Part shown: piece after piece, positions 26,575 through 35,490 of the stretch
How the letters are laid out: every line of letters starts with the position of its first letter
How positions within the stretch are numbered: the stretch's first letter is position 1
Source of the DNA: Rhodobacterales bacterium
GTDB lineage: Bacteria > Pseudomonadota > Alphaproteobacteria > Rhodobacterales > Rhodobacteraceae
Assembly (NCBI GenBank): GCA_038233815.1
Contig: JBBSVE010000001.1
Coordinates: 7,341 to 71,340 of the forward strand
Reading direction: 5' to 3'
Length of the DNA: 64,000 nucleotides
Made by a program: the position numbers and the translations under genes
Notes under the pieces: model-generated
What the model was told of the DNA's origin: nothing
Databases searched by the model: none
What the model saw: the letters and a program-made list of their open reading frames with translations, nothing else

Positions 26575-28118
26575 CCGCGCCGCTCCAGCACCATGAGTTG
26601 CAGCGCGGTGCGGCGGGCGACAGACTCCAGCCCGATGCGGCGCAGGAGCGTCAGCCCTTCGGTCACGCCACGCACATCGCCTTCGGTGCCGGTGGCGATC
26701 CGGTCCATGGCGTCGAGCACCGCCTCACCGATGCGCTTCTGGTCCAGCAGGGCCGCCAGATCGGCGGGCAGGGTTGCGTCGCCGAATGCGGCGGCGATCG
26801 CGCGGGCCATGCCGTCGGGGACCGGAACGCCCACCAGATCGCCGCGCGCGAGGCCGGACAGGAACCGTTCCTCGTCGTCCACCGGGGTCCGCGCCCGCGC
26901 CGCAGTCTCGTAGAGCGGAGAGATCAATGCCACGCGAAAGGCCACCGCAGATTCGCGCGCGGGCAGGTCCGGTCGCAACAATCGTGCGGCGAAGAGGCGC
27001 GCGAACGGGGCCTCCGTTTCCGCCTCCTTCATCGCGCCCCACGCCGGGGGCAAGGCCGAGGCTATCGCCTCCGCCTTGCCCGAACGCGCCGCTGCATCGA
27101 GCCGTTGAAAGGCAGCAATCCGGTCCCAGATGCCGCCCGAGGCCGCCGGTTCGCGCGCGGTCAGGATCGCCTCCATCACGCTGGGGTCCAGATCGCCGGC
27201 CCGTGCCAACCGCTCCACCGCCTCGCACTGCGCTTTCCAGCCCGCGGTATCGCGCAGGTCGATATGCGAAAAGGCCAGCGGCAGCGTCGCCGTCGGCGGC
27301 GCCTCGCCCGAGGCGTCGAGCATGCGCCATACCAGCGGCGTGATCCGGGGCGGCGGCAACAGGTCGTCGCCCTCCTCCGCCAGATCGGGATCGAGAAACC
27401 GCGAGACGAGGCGGTCTTCCGACGGGGTCACGTAATCCAGCGCCTGCGCCATACGAAGGGTCAGGGCCGCCGCATTCCAGTCCCCGGTGCGCGCAAGGCA
27501 GAAAATACGCGCGGGATAGGTCGGCGACAGGTCCGGGGTCGCGCGCAGAATCTCGCAGGCATGATCCTCGGTCCCGAGCAGCAGCGCCACGTCGAATGCA
27601 CGGCGAAAGAGCGTCGGTGTCATCGGTCCCGACGCATCGAGCAGCGCCTGTGCCTGATCGAGAGCGCCGAGTTCCAAGAGCTTGTCGATCCGCGCCAGCA
27701 GCAGCGTGCTGCCATTGGCCGAATCGGCCGGTGCCCGGGCGCGGGCCAGAAGTACCGAGATCAGCAGATCCTGCAGTGCCGGCACCGCACCCGGCCGCTC
27801 CCGCGTGATCCGGGCCGCGATTTCCGCCGTCCGCCCGATGCCCCAGAGGTCGCGCGGCAGACCCGTCTGCGCCGGGACGAGCACGCCCGAGCCGTCCGGT
27901 GCCGGCCCGTCGAGCGTCGACGTCACGACGTCCTGCGGCAGCGCCTTGCCTTCGGGCGCCACCGCTTTTTCCGATCCGCGGGTGCGGACCTTGGAACCCG
28001 CCGGCATCACCACCGATTTGGAAAGCCAGTCGATTGCACTCAGCGGTTGCTGGGCGCCGAGCGGCGTCGCGAGCACCAGCGCCGCACAGACCAAGATAGG
28101 CAGCCGCCTATCGGGCAT
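26571..28118 (-). CDS. secreted alpha-helical repeat protein of unknown function
   Basis: Signal peptide MPDRRLPILVCAALVLATPLGAQQ. Ala/Leu-rich helical composition. Its stop overlaps the xerD start (ATGA at 26571-26574). No catalytic motif recognised. Confidence 0.65.
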   Translation of the reverse strand: MPDRRLPILVCAALVLATPLGAQQPLSAIDWLSKSVVMPAGSKVRTRGSEKAVAPEGKALPQDVVTSTLDGPAPDGSGVLVPAQTGLPRDLWGIGRTAEIAARITRERPGAVPALQDLLISVLLARARAPADSANGSTLLLARIDKLLELGALDQAQALLDASGPMTPTLFRRAFDVALLLGTEDHACEILRATPDLSPTYPARIFCLARTGDWNAAALTLRMAQALDYVTPSEDRLVSRFLDPDLAEEGDDLLPPPRITPLVWRMLDASGEAPPTATLPLAFSHIDLRDTAGWKAQCEAVERLARAGDLDPSVMEAILTAREPAASGGIWDRIAAFQRLDAAARSGKAEAIASALPPAWGAMKEAETEAPFARLFAARLLRPDLPARESAVAFRVALISPLYETAARARTPVDDEERFLSGLARGDLVGVPVPDGMARAIAAAFGDATLPADLAALLDQKRIGEAVLDAMDRIATGTEGDVRGVTEGLTLLRRIGLESVARRTALQLMVLERRG

Positions 28119-28245
28119 CGAGCACCACGGGCTTGGAGACGGTTTCCTGACGCGGCGACAGATCGCCCAGATACGCGTAGGCCACGAGGCCGATCAGCGC
28201 CAGAACGACAAGCAGCAGCAGGAACCGGATCAGCTTTCCCATCAT
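28108..28245 (-). CDS. 45-aa single-pass membrane micro-protein (hypothetical)
   Basis: Not in the track (under 60 aa). Reverse-strand translation is MMGKLIRFLLLLVVLALIGLVAYAYLGDLSPRQETVSKPVVLDAR. GGAGAG lies upstream. Its 3' end overlaps the next gene's start by 11 nt. Confidence 0.4.
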   Translation of the reverse strand: MMGKLIRFLLLLVVLALIGLVAYAYLGDLSPRQETVSKPVVLDAR

Positions 28246-28351
28246 CGCCGCACTCTCCCGCCTCGTCGTTCCGACCGCGTGGGGCTATGCCCCCGCAATG
28301 CTCGTTTGCGGCAGACTATAGCGGGCATGCCGCGCGACTTCACGCCCCTTC

Positions 28352-28366
28352 GGCGATATTATCGCC
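28352..28366. promoter_or_regulatory. perfect 15-bp palindrome GGCGATA-T-TATCGCC in the divergent xerD-operon/aroK spacer
   Basis: Read directly from the sequence. 7-bp arms around a single central base, positioned between start 28245 (minus) and start 28484 (plus). Confidence 0.3.
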
Positions 28367-28483
28367 GGGCGTGCGCGAAAGACGCGCGCACCGGGTCCGG
28401 TCCGCTTGCCCGCGACGGGACTGGACAGGGATCGGACGCGCCCGCTATTGGGTCAGGGACGGTCTCACGCCGGGCGGGGCGGC

Positions 28484-29020
28484 ATGCGTTTGATGAAACC
28501 GGTGGTGATGGTTGGCATGATGGGGGCGGGCAAGACTGCCGTCGGCTCCCAGCTTGCACGCACGCTCCGCGTTCCCTTCCTCGATTCGGACGAGGAGATC
28601 GTGCGCGCGGCCAACCTCTCCATCGCCGAGATTTTCGAGCGCGAGGGCGAGCCGTTCTTTCGCGAGAAGGAGGCGCTGGTCCTGTCGCGCCTGCTTGACG
28701 GGCAGCCCGCGATCCTTTCCACCGGGGGCGGGGCGTTTTTGTCGGCGGACAACCGCGCGCGGATCGCGGCCGCCGGGGTCTCCGTCTGGCTGCGCGCCGA
28801 CCTCGACCTGCTGTGGCAGCGGGTCCGGCACCGCACGACACGACCACTTTTGCAGACCCCGGAACCGAAGGAAACCTTGCGCGCGCTGGTCCGGACCCGC
28901 GATCCGGTCTATGCGCTGGCCGACCTCGCCGTGGATGCGGAGCCGGGCCTGTCGATCGAAGCCACGGCGCGGCGCGTGGTGGAGGCGCTGCGTGGGCGCG
29001 AGGATATGCTGGAGGTGTGA
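28484..29020 (+). CDS. aroK: shikimate kinase
   Basis: MRLMKPVVMVGMMGAGKTAVGSQLAR Walker A and LSTGGGAF motif. The track ORF is over-extended from 28406. Confidence 0.9.
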   Translation: MRLMKPVVMVGMMGAGKTAVGSQLARTLRVPFLDSDEEIVRAANLSIAEIFEREGEPFFREKEALVLSRLLDGQPAILSTGGGAFLSADNRARIAAAGVSVWLRADLDLLWQRVRHRTTRPLLQTPEPKETLRALVRTRDPVYALADLAVDAEPGLSIEATARRVVEALRGREDMLEV

Positions 29021-30132
29021 TGGGGCAGGTGGACCGGATCGCGGTGGAGCTGGGCGCGCGCCGCTACGAGGTGCGGATCGGGTCGGGACTGATCGACCGC
29101 GCCGGGGTCGAGGTGGCGCCGTTGCTGCGCCGCCCCCGCGTCGCGGTGGTGACGGATGAGACGGTGGCCGCGCTCCATCTGGACCGGCTCCGGGCGGCGT
29201 TTGCGGGGCAGGGGATCGCGGTGGCGTCGCTCTCCCTGCCGCCGGGCGAGAGCACCAAGAGCTGGGACCATCTGGGCCGCACGGTGGAGTGGCTGCTATC
29301 CGAACGGATCGAGCGGCGCGATGTCGTCGTGGCCGTCGGCGGCGGCGTCATCGGCGACCTTGCGGGCTTTGCGGCGGCGATCCTGCGCCGCGGCGTGCGG
29401 TTCGTGCAGATCCCCACGACGCTGCTGGCGCAGGTCGACAGCTCCGTCGGCGGCAAGACGGGGATCAACTCCGGCTACGGCAAGAACCTGATCGGCGCGT
29501 TCCACCAGCCCTCACTCGTGTTGGCCGACGTGGATGCGCTGGGCACGCTGTCCTCCCGCGATTTCCTCGCGGGCTACGGCGAGGTCGTGAAATACGGGCT
29601 GTTGGGCGATGCCGATTTCTTCGACTGGCTGGAGGCGAACGCGCCCGCGATGGCCGCGGGCGACACGGCGTTGCGTCAGCGCGCCATCGTGCGGTCGGTG
29701 GAAATGAAGGCCGCCATCGTCGCGCGGGACGAGACGGAGGAAGGCGAGCGCGCACTTCTCAACCTCGGCCACACCTTCTGTCATGCGTTGGAAAAGGCCA
29801 CCGGCTACGGCGACCGCCTTCTCCATGGCGAGGGCGTGGCGATCGGCTGCGCGCTGGCCTTCGATCTGAGCGCGCGGCTCGGCCTGTGCTCGCAGGAGGA
29901 GCCGGGGCGGGTCCGCGCGCATCTGTCACGGCTCGGGATGCGCACCGATCCGCGCGACATTCCGGGCGATCTGCCGGGGCCGGAGGCGCTGCTGGCACTG
30001 ATGGGACAGGATAAGAAGGTGGTGGACGGGCGCCTGCGCTTTATCCTCGCCCGTGGGATCGGGAAGGCGTTCGTGGCCGACGACGTGCCCGAGGCCGCCG
30101 TGCTGGACACGCTGCGCAACGTCGGTCTGTAA
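29020..30132 (+). CDS. aroB: 3-dehydroquinate synthase
   Basis: ATG overlaps the aroK stop (GTGATGG). Family motifs VAVGGGVIGDLAGFAAA, IPTTLLAQVDSSVGGKT and LNLGHTFCHALE. Confidence 0.92.
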   Translation: MGQVDRIAVELGARRYEVRIGSGLIDRAGVEVAPLLRRPRVAVVTDETVAALHLDRLRAAFAGQGIAVASLSLPPGESTKSWDHLGRTVEWLLSERIERRDVVVAVGGGVIGDLAGFAAAILRRGVRFVQIPTTLLAQVDSSVGGKTGINSGYGKNLIGAFHQPSLVLADVDALGTLSSRDFLAGYGEVVKYGLLGDADFFDWLEANAPAMAAGDTALRQRAIVRSVEMKAAIVARDETEEGERALLNLGHTFCHALEKATGYGDRLLHGEGVAIGCALAFDLSARLGLCSQEEPGRVRAHLSRLGMRTDPRDIPGDLPGPEALLALMGQDKKVVDGRLRFILARGIGKAFVADDVPEAAVLDTLRNVGL

Positions 30133-30138
30133 GGGCAG

Positions 30139-30213
30139 TGGCTGGGGCGGGAGGGATCGAACCTCCGTATGTCGGTACCAAAAACCGATGCCTTACCGCT
30201 TGGCTACGCCCCA
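30139..30213 (-). tRNA. tRNA-Gln (anticodon UUG)
   Basis: Reverse complement is TGGGGCGTAGCCAAGCGGTAAGGCATCGGTTTTTGGTACCGACATACGGAGGTTCGATCCCTCCCGCCCCAGCCA. Acceptor TGGGGCG/CGCCCCA, anticodon stem TCGGT/ACCGA with loop TTTTGGT, and an encoded CCA. Confidence 0.93.
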
Positions 30214-30317
30214 ACTGAGCCGGGTTCTAGCGAAGCGATCCTGAGCCTGCAAGGGGGCTTGGGGCACATTGTTCGTGTGCCGTTGGCGGGACCGGACCGC
30301 CATGCTAGAGGGCTGCG

Positions 30318-31493
30318 ATGCAGGTCGATGTCGTCATCCTCGGGGCCGGTGCCGCGGGCCTTTTCGCGGCCATCGAGGCCGGTCGGCGCGGGCGGTCCGT
30401 CCTGCTCGTCGACCATGCAAAACGCGCGGGCGAGAAGATCCGCATCTCCGGCGGCGGGCGCTGCAACTTCACCAACACCGGGATCGTGACGGATCGGTTC
30501 CTGTCGCGCAATCCCCGGTTCGCGCTCTCCGCGCTCCGCCGCTACACCGACCGCGATTTCCTCGCGCGGGTGGAGGCGCGTGGCATCGCTTGGCACGAGA
30601 AGGCGCTGGGGCAGCTCTTTTGCGACGGACCCTCGACGCAGATCGTGGCGATGCTTTTGACGGAGATCGAGGAAGCGGGCGTAATGCTCTGGCTGTCCAC
30701 CGAAATCCAGAGCGTCGCGGCGGAGGGGAAGGGGTTCGCCGTTGCCACCTCCCGCGGCGTGGTTCGCGCGCAGGCTTGCGTCGTGGCGACCGGCGGCAAG
30801 TCGATCCCGAAAATGGGCGCCACCGCCTTCGGCTACCGGATCGCCGCGCAGTTCGGCGTGCCGGTGGTGGAGACGCGCCCGGCACTGGTGCCGCTGACCT
30901 TCGCCGCGCAGGATCTGGCGGGGCTGGCACCGCTCGCCGGTCTGTCGGTCGAAGGTGGCGTGACCTGCGACGGCACACGGTTCGACGAGGGGCTGCTTTT
31001 TACCCATCGCGGGCTATCGGGGCCTGCGGTGCTCCAGATCTCCTCCTACTGGCGCGAGGGAGGGGCGATCACGGTGGATCTGGCGCGCGGGATGGAGGCC
31101 GAGGCGGCCCTGCGGACCCAACGCGGCAAGGCCGGACGCATCGCGGTCCGCACGGCACTTGCAGGGTTCATGCCAGAACGGCTGGCGCGACATGTGGAGG
31201 ACATCTCGGGACTTACGGGAAACCTCGCCGACCAGAGCAATGCCGATCTCGCGCGGCTGGCGGGCCTCGTCCATGGCTGGCAGATGCGGCCGGTGGGCAC
31301 CGAAGGCTATCGCACCGCCGAGGTGACGCTGGGCGGCGTCGATACCGACGCGCTGGATGCGCGCACGATGGAGGCCACGGCGGTGCCGGGGCTGCATTTC
31401 GTGGGCGAGGTGGTGGACGTCACCGGCTGGCTCGGCGGATACAACTTTCAATGGGCCTGGTCGTCGGGTTGGGCGGCGGGTCAGGCCGTCTGA
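30318..31493 (+). CDS. NAD(P)/FAD-dependent oxidoreductase, HI0933/BaiN (YhiN)-like flavoprotein
   Basis: MQVDVVILGAGAAGLFAAIEAGRRGRSVLLVDHAKRAGEKIRISGGGRCNFTN is the family-typical N-terminus. C-terminal GEVVDVTGWLGGYNFQWAWSSG. Confidence 0.85.
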   Translation: MQVDVVILGAGAAGLFAAIEAGRRGRSVLLVDHAKRAGEKIRISGGGRCNFTNTGIVTDRFLSRNPRFALSALRRYTDRDFLARVEARGIAWHEKALGQLFCDGPSTQIVAMLLTEIEEAGVMLWLSTEIQSVAAEGKGFAVATSRGVVRAQACVVATGGKSIPKMGATAFGYRIAAQFGVPVVETRPALVPLTFAAQDLAGLAPLAGLSVEGGVTCDGTRFDEGLLFTHRGLSGPAVLQISSYWREGGAITVDLARGMEAEAALRTQRGKAGRIAVRTALAGFMPERLARHVEDISGLTGNLADQSNADLARLAGLVHGWQMRPVGTEGYRTAEVTLGGVDTDALDARTMEATAVPGLHFVGEVVDVTGWLGGYNFQWAWSSGWAAGQAV

Positions 31494-31506
31494 TCCTCCC
31501 ATCTGA

Positions 31507-31534
31507 ATGTCTGATAATCTATATTATGTAATCG
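31507..31534. other. dif-like XerC/XerD chromosome dimer resolution site (candidate)
   Basis: 28-mer AATGTCTGATAA-TCTATA-TTATGTAATC(G). The right arm TTATGTAA matches the conserved XerD-arm core of E. coli (TTATGTTAAAT) and B. subtilis (TTATGTAAACT) dif. The left arm ends in GATAA. There is ATAAT/ATTAT dyad symmetry around a 6-bp centre. It sits in an AT-rich 51-bp spacer between convergent genes and coincides with the GGGNAGGG polarity switch. Confidence 0.55.
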
Positions 31535-31544
31535 GTACGTATCC

Positions 31545-33356
31545 TCAGAACGGCCAGAAGATCAGCAGCAGCGGCATGGCAACGGCAACAATCAACGCCT
31601 CCAGCGGCAGGCCCACGCGCCAGTAATCGCCGAACCGGAAGCCGCTGGGCCCGAGGATCAGCGTGTTGTTCTGGTGTCCGATGGGTGTGAGGAACGCGCA
31701 GGATGCGCCGACCGCCACGGCCATCAGGAAGCTGTCGGGATTGGCCTTCAGCGCGCTCGCGGTCTGGATCGCGATCGGACACATCACGGCGGCGGTGGCT
31801 GCGTTGTTCATCACGTCCGACAGGAACATCGTGACGACGAGGATCAGAAGCAGCGCCACCACCGCATTGCCCTGTGCCAGCGTCTGCATCAGGAACTGCG
31901 CCACAAGCGCCGCGGTGCCCGTCGTCTCCATTGCGCCCGCCACGGGAAAGAGCGCGCCCAGAAGCACGACGACGGGCCAGTCGACGCTTTGGTAGACGTT
32001 GCGCAGCGGGATCGTGCCGAAGACCATCGCTGCCACGACGCCACCGGTGAACGCCACCGCAGCCGGCGCAAGCCCCAGTGCCGCGACCGCGATGGCGGCC
32101 AGCATGATACCCACCGCAAGCACGGCTTTCCGACGGTTCGGCACTGAAATATCGCGCTCCGCCAGTGGCACGCAGCCTTGGGCGGAGGCGAATTCCCCCA
32201 GCGCCTCGGGCCGGCCCTGCAACAGCAGCACGTCGCCCGCCTTGAAGCGGGTGTGACGCATCCGGGCACGGGTGTCGCGACCGCGCCGGGATAGCGCCAT
32301 CAGGGAAATGCTGTAGCGTGTGCGGAGCGTCAGCTCCGACGCGGAGCGCCCGATCAGATCGGCACCGGGCAGCACCACGACCTCGCGCAGCAGCGGCCCG
32401 TCATCGGGGTCCTCGGCGTCGTCCGCTTCCGGTTCCGGGGTTTTGGGCGCAATCTTTTCGACCTGCCTCAGCCCTTCGGCCTCCAGGCCAAGCGCGTCGA
32501 GCCCTTCATGCAACTCCTTCACGTCTGCCTCGAGAACGAGAATATCGTTGGCGAATATCCTGCGTCCACCATGCGGCGCTGACATCCGCACGCCGTTGCG
32601 GATCAGCGCCACGACCTGCGCCTCGGCGGACGAAAGCACCGCCTCGATCTGGCGCAGGGTCATGCCGACGACGCGGCCGCCTTCCTGTGCCGTGGCTTCG
32701 GTCAGGTAGCTGCCGGGGTCGAAATCCTCCGCCCGCGACGGATTGCGGACCGGGACAAGTCGCCAGCCGATAAGCACCAGAAACAGGATACCCGTGACCG
32801 CAACCACGCCGCCCACGGGGAGGAACGCGAACATCCCGAAGCCCTGCCCCGCGTCCGAGTTCGCCCGGAAGCCCGACACGATCAGGTTCGGCGGCGTGCC
32901 GATCAGCGTCGTCATGCCGCCGAGGATGGTCCCGAAGGCCAGCGGCATGAGCATCCGCCCCGGCGTGGTGCCGAGCTTGCGCGCCATCCGCACCGCCAGC
33001 GGCATCAGGAGCGCCAGCGCGCCCACGTTGTTCATCACGGCAGACAGCGCCGCGCCGAGCCCCACCACCGACGACATGCTTTTCAGCCGCCCGCCACGCT
33101 CCGGGATCACCCGCCGCGCAATCAGGTCGATCGCCCCCGAGGTCTGCAGCGAGCGGCTGAGGACGAGGACGCAGGCCACCGTGATGACCGCCGGATTGCC
33201 GAACCCGTCAAACGCCTTGCCCGCCGGGATCACGCCCGCCGCGACCCCGGCGAGAAGGGCCGCCAGCGACACGATGTCATGCCGGAACCGGCCCCAGACG
33301 AAAAGCGCGACCGTTGCCAGCAGGATCCCGAGGATGATATAGTTCTGCGCCGTCAT
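31545..33356 (-). CDS. SLC13/DASS-family permease with central tandem TrkA-C (RCK_C) domains
   Basis: 603 aa. Multi-TM N- and C-halves flank a soluble insert (GGRVVGMTLRQIE...ILVLEADVKEL; LIGRSASEL...GDVLLLQGRPEAL), typical of the citrate-transporter-like / TrkA-C family. Confidence 0.8.
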   Translation of the reverse strand: MTAQNYIILGILLATVALFVWGRFRHDIVSLAALLAGVAAGVIPAGKAFDGFGNPAVITVACVLVLSRSLQTSGAIDLIARRVIPERGGRLKSMSSVVGLGAALSAVMNNVGALALLMPLAVRMARKLGTTPGRMLMPLAFGTILGGMTTLIGTPPNLIVSGFRANSDAGQGFGMFAFLPVGGVVAVTGILFLVLIGWRLVPVRNPSRAEDFDPGSYLTEATAQEGGRVVGMTLRQIEAVLSSAEAQVVALIRNGVRMSAPHGGRRIFANDILVLEADVKELHEGLDALGLEAEGLRQVEKIAPKTPEPEADDAEDPDDGPLLREVVVLPGADLIGRSASELTLRTRYSISLMALSRRGRDTRARMRHTRFKAGDVLLLQGRPEALGEFASAQGCVPLAERDISVPNRRKAVLAVGIMLAAIAVAALGLAPAAVAFTGGVVAAMVFGTIPLRNVYQSVDWPVVVLLGALFPVAGAMETTGTAALVAQFLMQTLAQGNAVVALLLILVVTMFLSDVMNNAATAAVMCPIAIQTASALKANPDSFLMAVAVGASCAFLTPIGHQNNTLILGPSGFRFGDYWRVGLPLEALIVAVAMPLLLIFWPF

Positions 33357-33447
33357 GCCCCGTACCCTTTGTCTCTATCCACCCCCGGCGCCCGGGGCCC
33401 GCAGAACACGGAGCAGGGCCGCGCGCGAAAATTGCCCCGGCGGCATG

Positions 33448-33483
33448 CAAAAGGGCGCGGCACCGATCCGGCCGCGCCCTTTC
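33448..33483 (-). terminator. intrinsic (bidirectional-looking) terminator downstream of tsf
   Basis: GGGCGCGGC-N9-GCCGCGCCC forms a 9-bp GC stem flanked by AAAA on the left and TTT on the right. On the minus strand the stem is followed by UUUUGCAUG, about 20 nt past the tsf stop. Confidence 0.6.
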
Positions 33484-33499
33484 GCCGGATCGCTCCGGG

Positions 33500-34399
33500 T
33501 CAGTTGCCGCGTGTCTTGGCCACTTCCGCCGCGAAGTCTTCCTTTTCCTTCTCGATCCCCTCGCCCACCGCCATCCGCACGAAGCCGGTGACGGTCACGC
33601 CCGCCTCCTTTGCCGCCTGTTCCACGGTGATGTCAGGATTCATAACGAACTTCTGGCCCATCAGCGTGCTTTCCTCGAGAAACTTCTTCATCCGGCCGGG
33701 GATGATGTTGTTCTCGATCACGTTCGCAGGCTTCGGCTTGGCAGAGGCGCTGTTCTCTTCCATCGCCTTCTGGGTCTGGACGGTGCGCTCGCGCTCCATC
33801 ACCGCGGGGTCGAGATCGGCCTCCGACAGCGCCATCGGCGCGGTTGCCGCGATATGCATCGCTATCTGGCGCGCGATGCCCGTGTCGGTGCCCTTGATCG
33901 CCACCAGCACACCGATCTTGCCCATGCCGTCGGCGGCAGCGTTGTGGACGTAGGAGGCGACGCTGTCGCCCTCCACCACCGCCATCCGGCGCAGGGTCAG
34001 GTTCTCCCCGATCCGGGCGATGTTGGCGGTCATCGTCTCGGCGACCGTCTCCTCGCCCATCGGGGCCGCGCGGAGCGCCTCGATGTCGTCCACGGTCAGG
34101 GCCACCGCAGTGACGTTCTGCACAAGCTTCTGGAAATCGGCGTTCTTCGCCACGAAATCGGTCTCGGAGTTGATCTCGACCGCAACCCCCCTGCCCGCGC
34201 GCACGGCGACGCCGACGAGGCCTTCGGCAGCCACCCGGTCGGCCTTTTTCGCAGCCTTGGCGAGGCCTTTGGTGCGCAACCAGTCGACGGCCGCCTCCAT
34301 GTCGCCGTCCGTCTCGGTCAGTGCCTTCTTCGCGTCCATCATTCCGGCGCCGGTGCTTTCACGCAGCTCCTTCACCATCTGGGCCGTGATCGTCGCCAT
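33500..34399 (-). CDS. tsf: translation elongation factor Ts
   Basis: [45 protein letters not shown] is the canonical EF-Ts N-terminus. The start at 34399 is preceded by GGAGAG. The track ORF is over-extended. Confidence 0.95.
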   Translation of the reverse strand: MATITAQMVKELRESTGAGMMDAKKALTETDGDMEAAVDWLRTKGLAKAAKKADRVAAEGLVGVAVRAGRGVAVEINSETDFVAKNADFQKLVQNVTAVALTVDDIEALRAAPMGEETVAETMTANIARIGENLTLRRMAVVEGDSVASYVHNAAADGMGKIGVLVAIKGTDTGIARQIAMHIAATAPMALSEADLDPAVMERERTVQTQKAMEENSASAKPKPANVIENNIIPGRMKKFLEESTLMGQKFVMNPDITVEQAAKEAGVTVTGFVRMAVGEGIEKEKEDFAAEVAKTRGN

Positions 34400-34468
34400 C
34401 GTGGCTCTCCTTCGTCTCATCGGGAAACGCCCGGCAGGACCGTGCCTGCCGGGCAAGGATCTGGATCG

Positions 34469-35239
34469 TCAGGCCGTCGCGGGCTCTTCGGCCAGCGCCT
34501 CCTCGACGGGCGCCTCCTCCAGGGCACCGACGTCGATGCCCGCGGCCCCCATCTGCGCCGACATGCCGTCCAGCGCCGCGCGCGAGATCAGGTCGCAATA
34601 GAGCGCGATCGCCCGCGCCGCATCGTCATTGCCCGGAATGATGTATTCGATGTCGCGGGGCGAGCAGTTCGTGTCCACGATGCCCACGACCGGAATGCCA
34701 AGCTTCTTGGCCTCGAGGATCGCCAGATCCTCCTTGCCCACGTCGATCACGACCAGCAGATCGGGAACGCCGCCCATCTCCCGAATGCCGCCGAGCGAGG
34801 CCTGCAGCTTGCCCTGCTCGCGCTCCATGTTGAGGCGCTCCTTCTTCGTCATGCCCTCGGCACCCTGCCCCATCAGCTCATCGAGCTGTTTCAGACGCTG
34901 GATCGAGTTGGAGACGGTCTTCCAGTTCGTCAGCGTGCCACCGAGCCAGCGGTGGTTCATGTAGAACTGCGCCGACTTCTCGGCCGCCTCGGCCACGGCC
35001 TTCTGCGCCTGCCGCTTGGTGCCGACGAAGAGGATACGCCCGCCCTTGGCGACGGTGTCGCGCACGACCTTGAGCGCCTGATCCAGCAAAGGAACGGTCT
35101 GCGTCAGATCGACGATATGGATGCCGTTGCGCTCGCCATAGATGTATTCGCCCATCTTGGGGTTCCAGCGCGCGGTCTGGTGGCCGTAGTGAACGCCCGC
35201 TTCAAGAAGCTGACGCATGGTGAACTCGGGAAGAGCCAT
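34469..35239 (-). CDS. rpsB: 30S ribosomal protein S2
   Basis: [45 protein letters not shown] is the canonical S2 N-terminus. Start at 35239. Confidence 0.95.
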   Translation of the reverse strand: MALPEFTMRQLLEAGVHYGHQTARWNPKMGEYIYGERNGIHIVDLTQTVPLLDQALKVVRDTVAKGGRILFVGTKRQAQKAVAEAAEKSAQFYMNHRWLGGTLTNWKTVSNSIQRLKQLDELMGQGAEGMTKKERLNMEREQGKLQASLGGIREMGGVPDLLVVIDVGKEDLAILEAKKLGIPVVGIVDTNCSPRDIEYIIPGNDDAARAIALYCDLISRAALDGMSAQMGAAGIDVGALEEAPVEEALAEEPATA

Positions 35240-35490
35240 GCCTTTTCCTTTTCCGGTTTGATCCTCGGCAGCACCGTCTTCAGACCTTTCGGTCCAACCG
35301 GCGGACGGATGCGGGATGTCTCCCCGATCCACCCAGGCGCTGCCTGTGAAGTCCGCGGCTCATACGCGTCCGGTGCGCCGACCGCAAGCCTCGATCGCCG
35401 GGCTGCCGGACGGTCCGGGAAATCGACCGGCAGCCATTGTGGCCGCGCAGCGGGCCGCTTACCTTTGACGCGTTCCCCGAGGAGGCCTCG

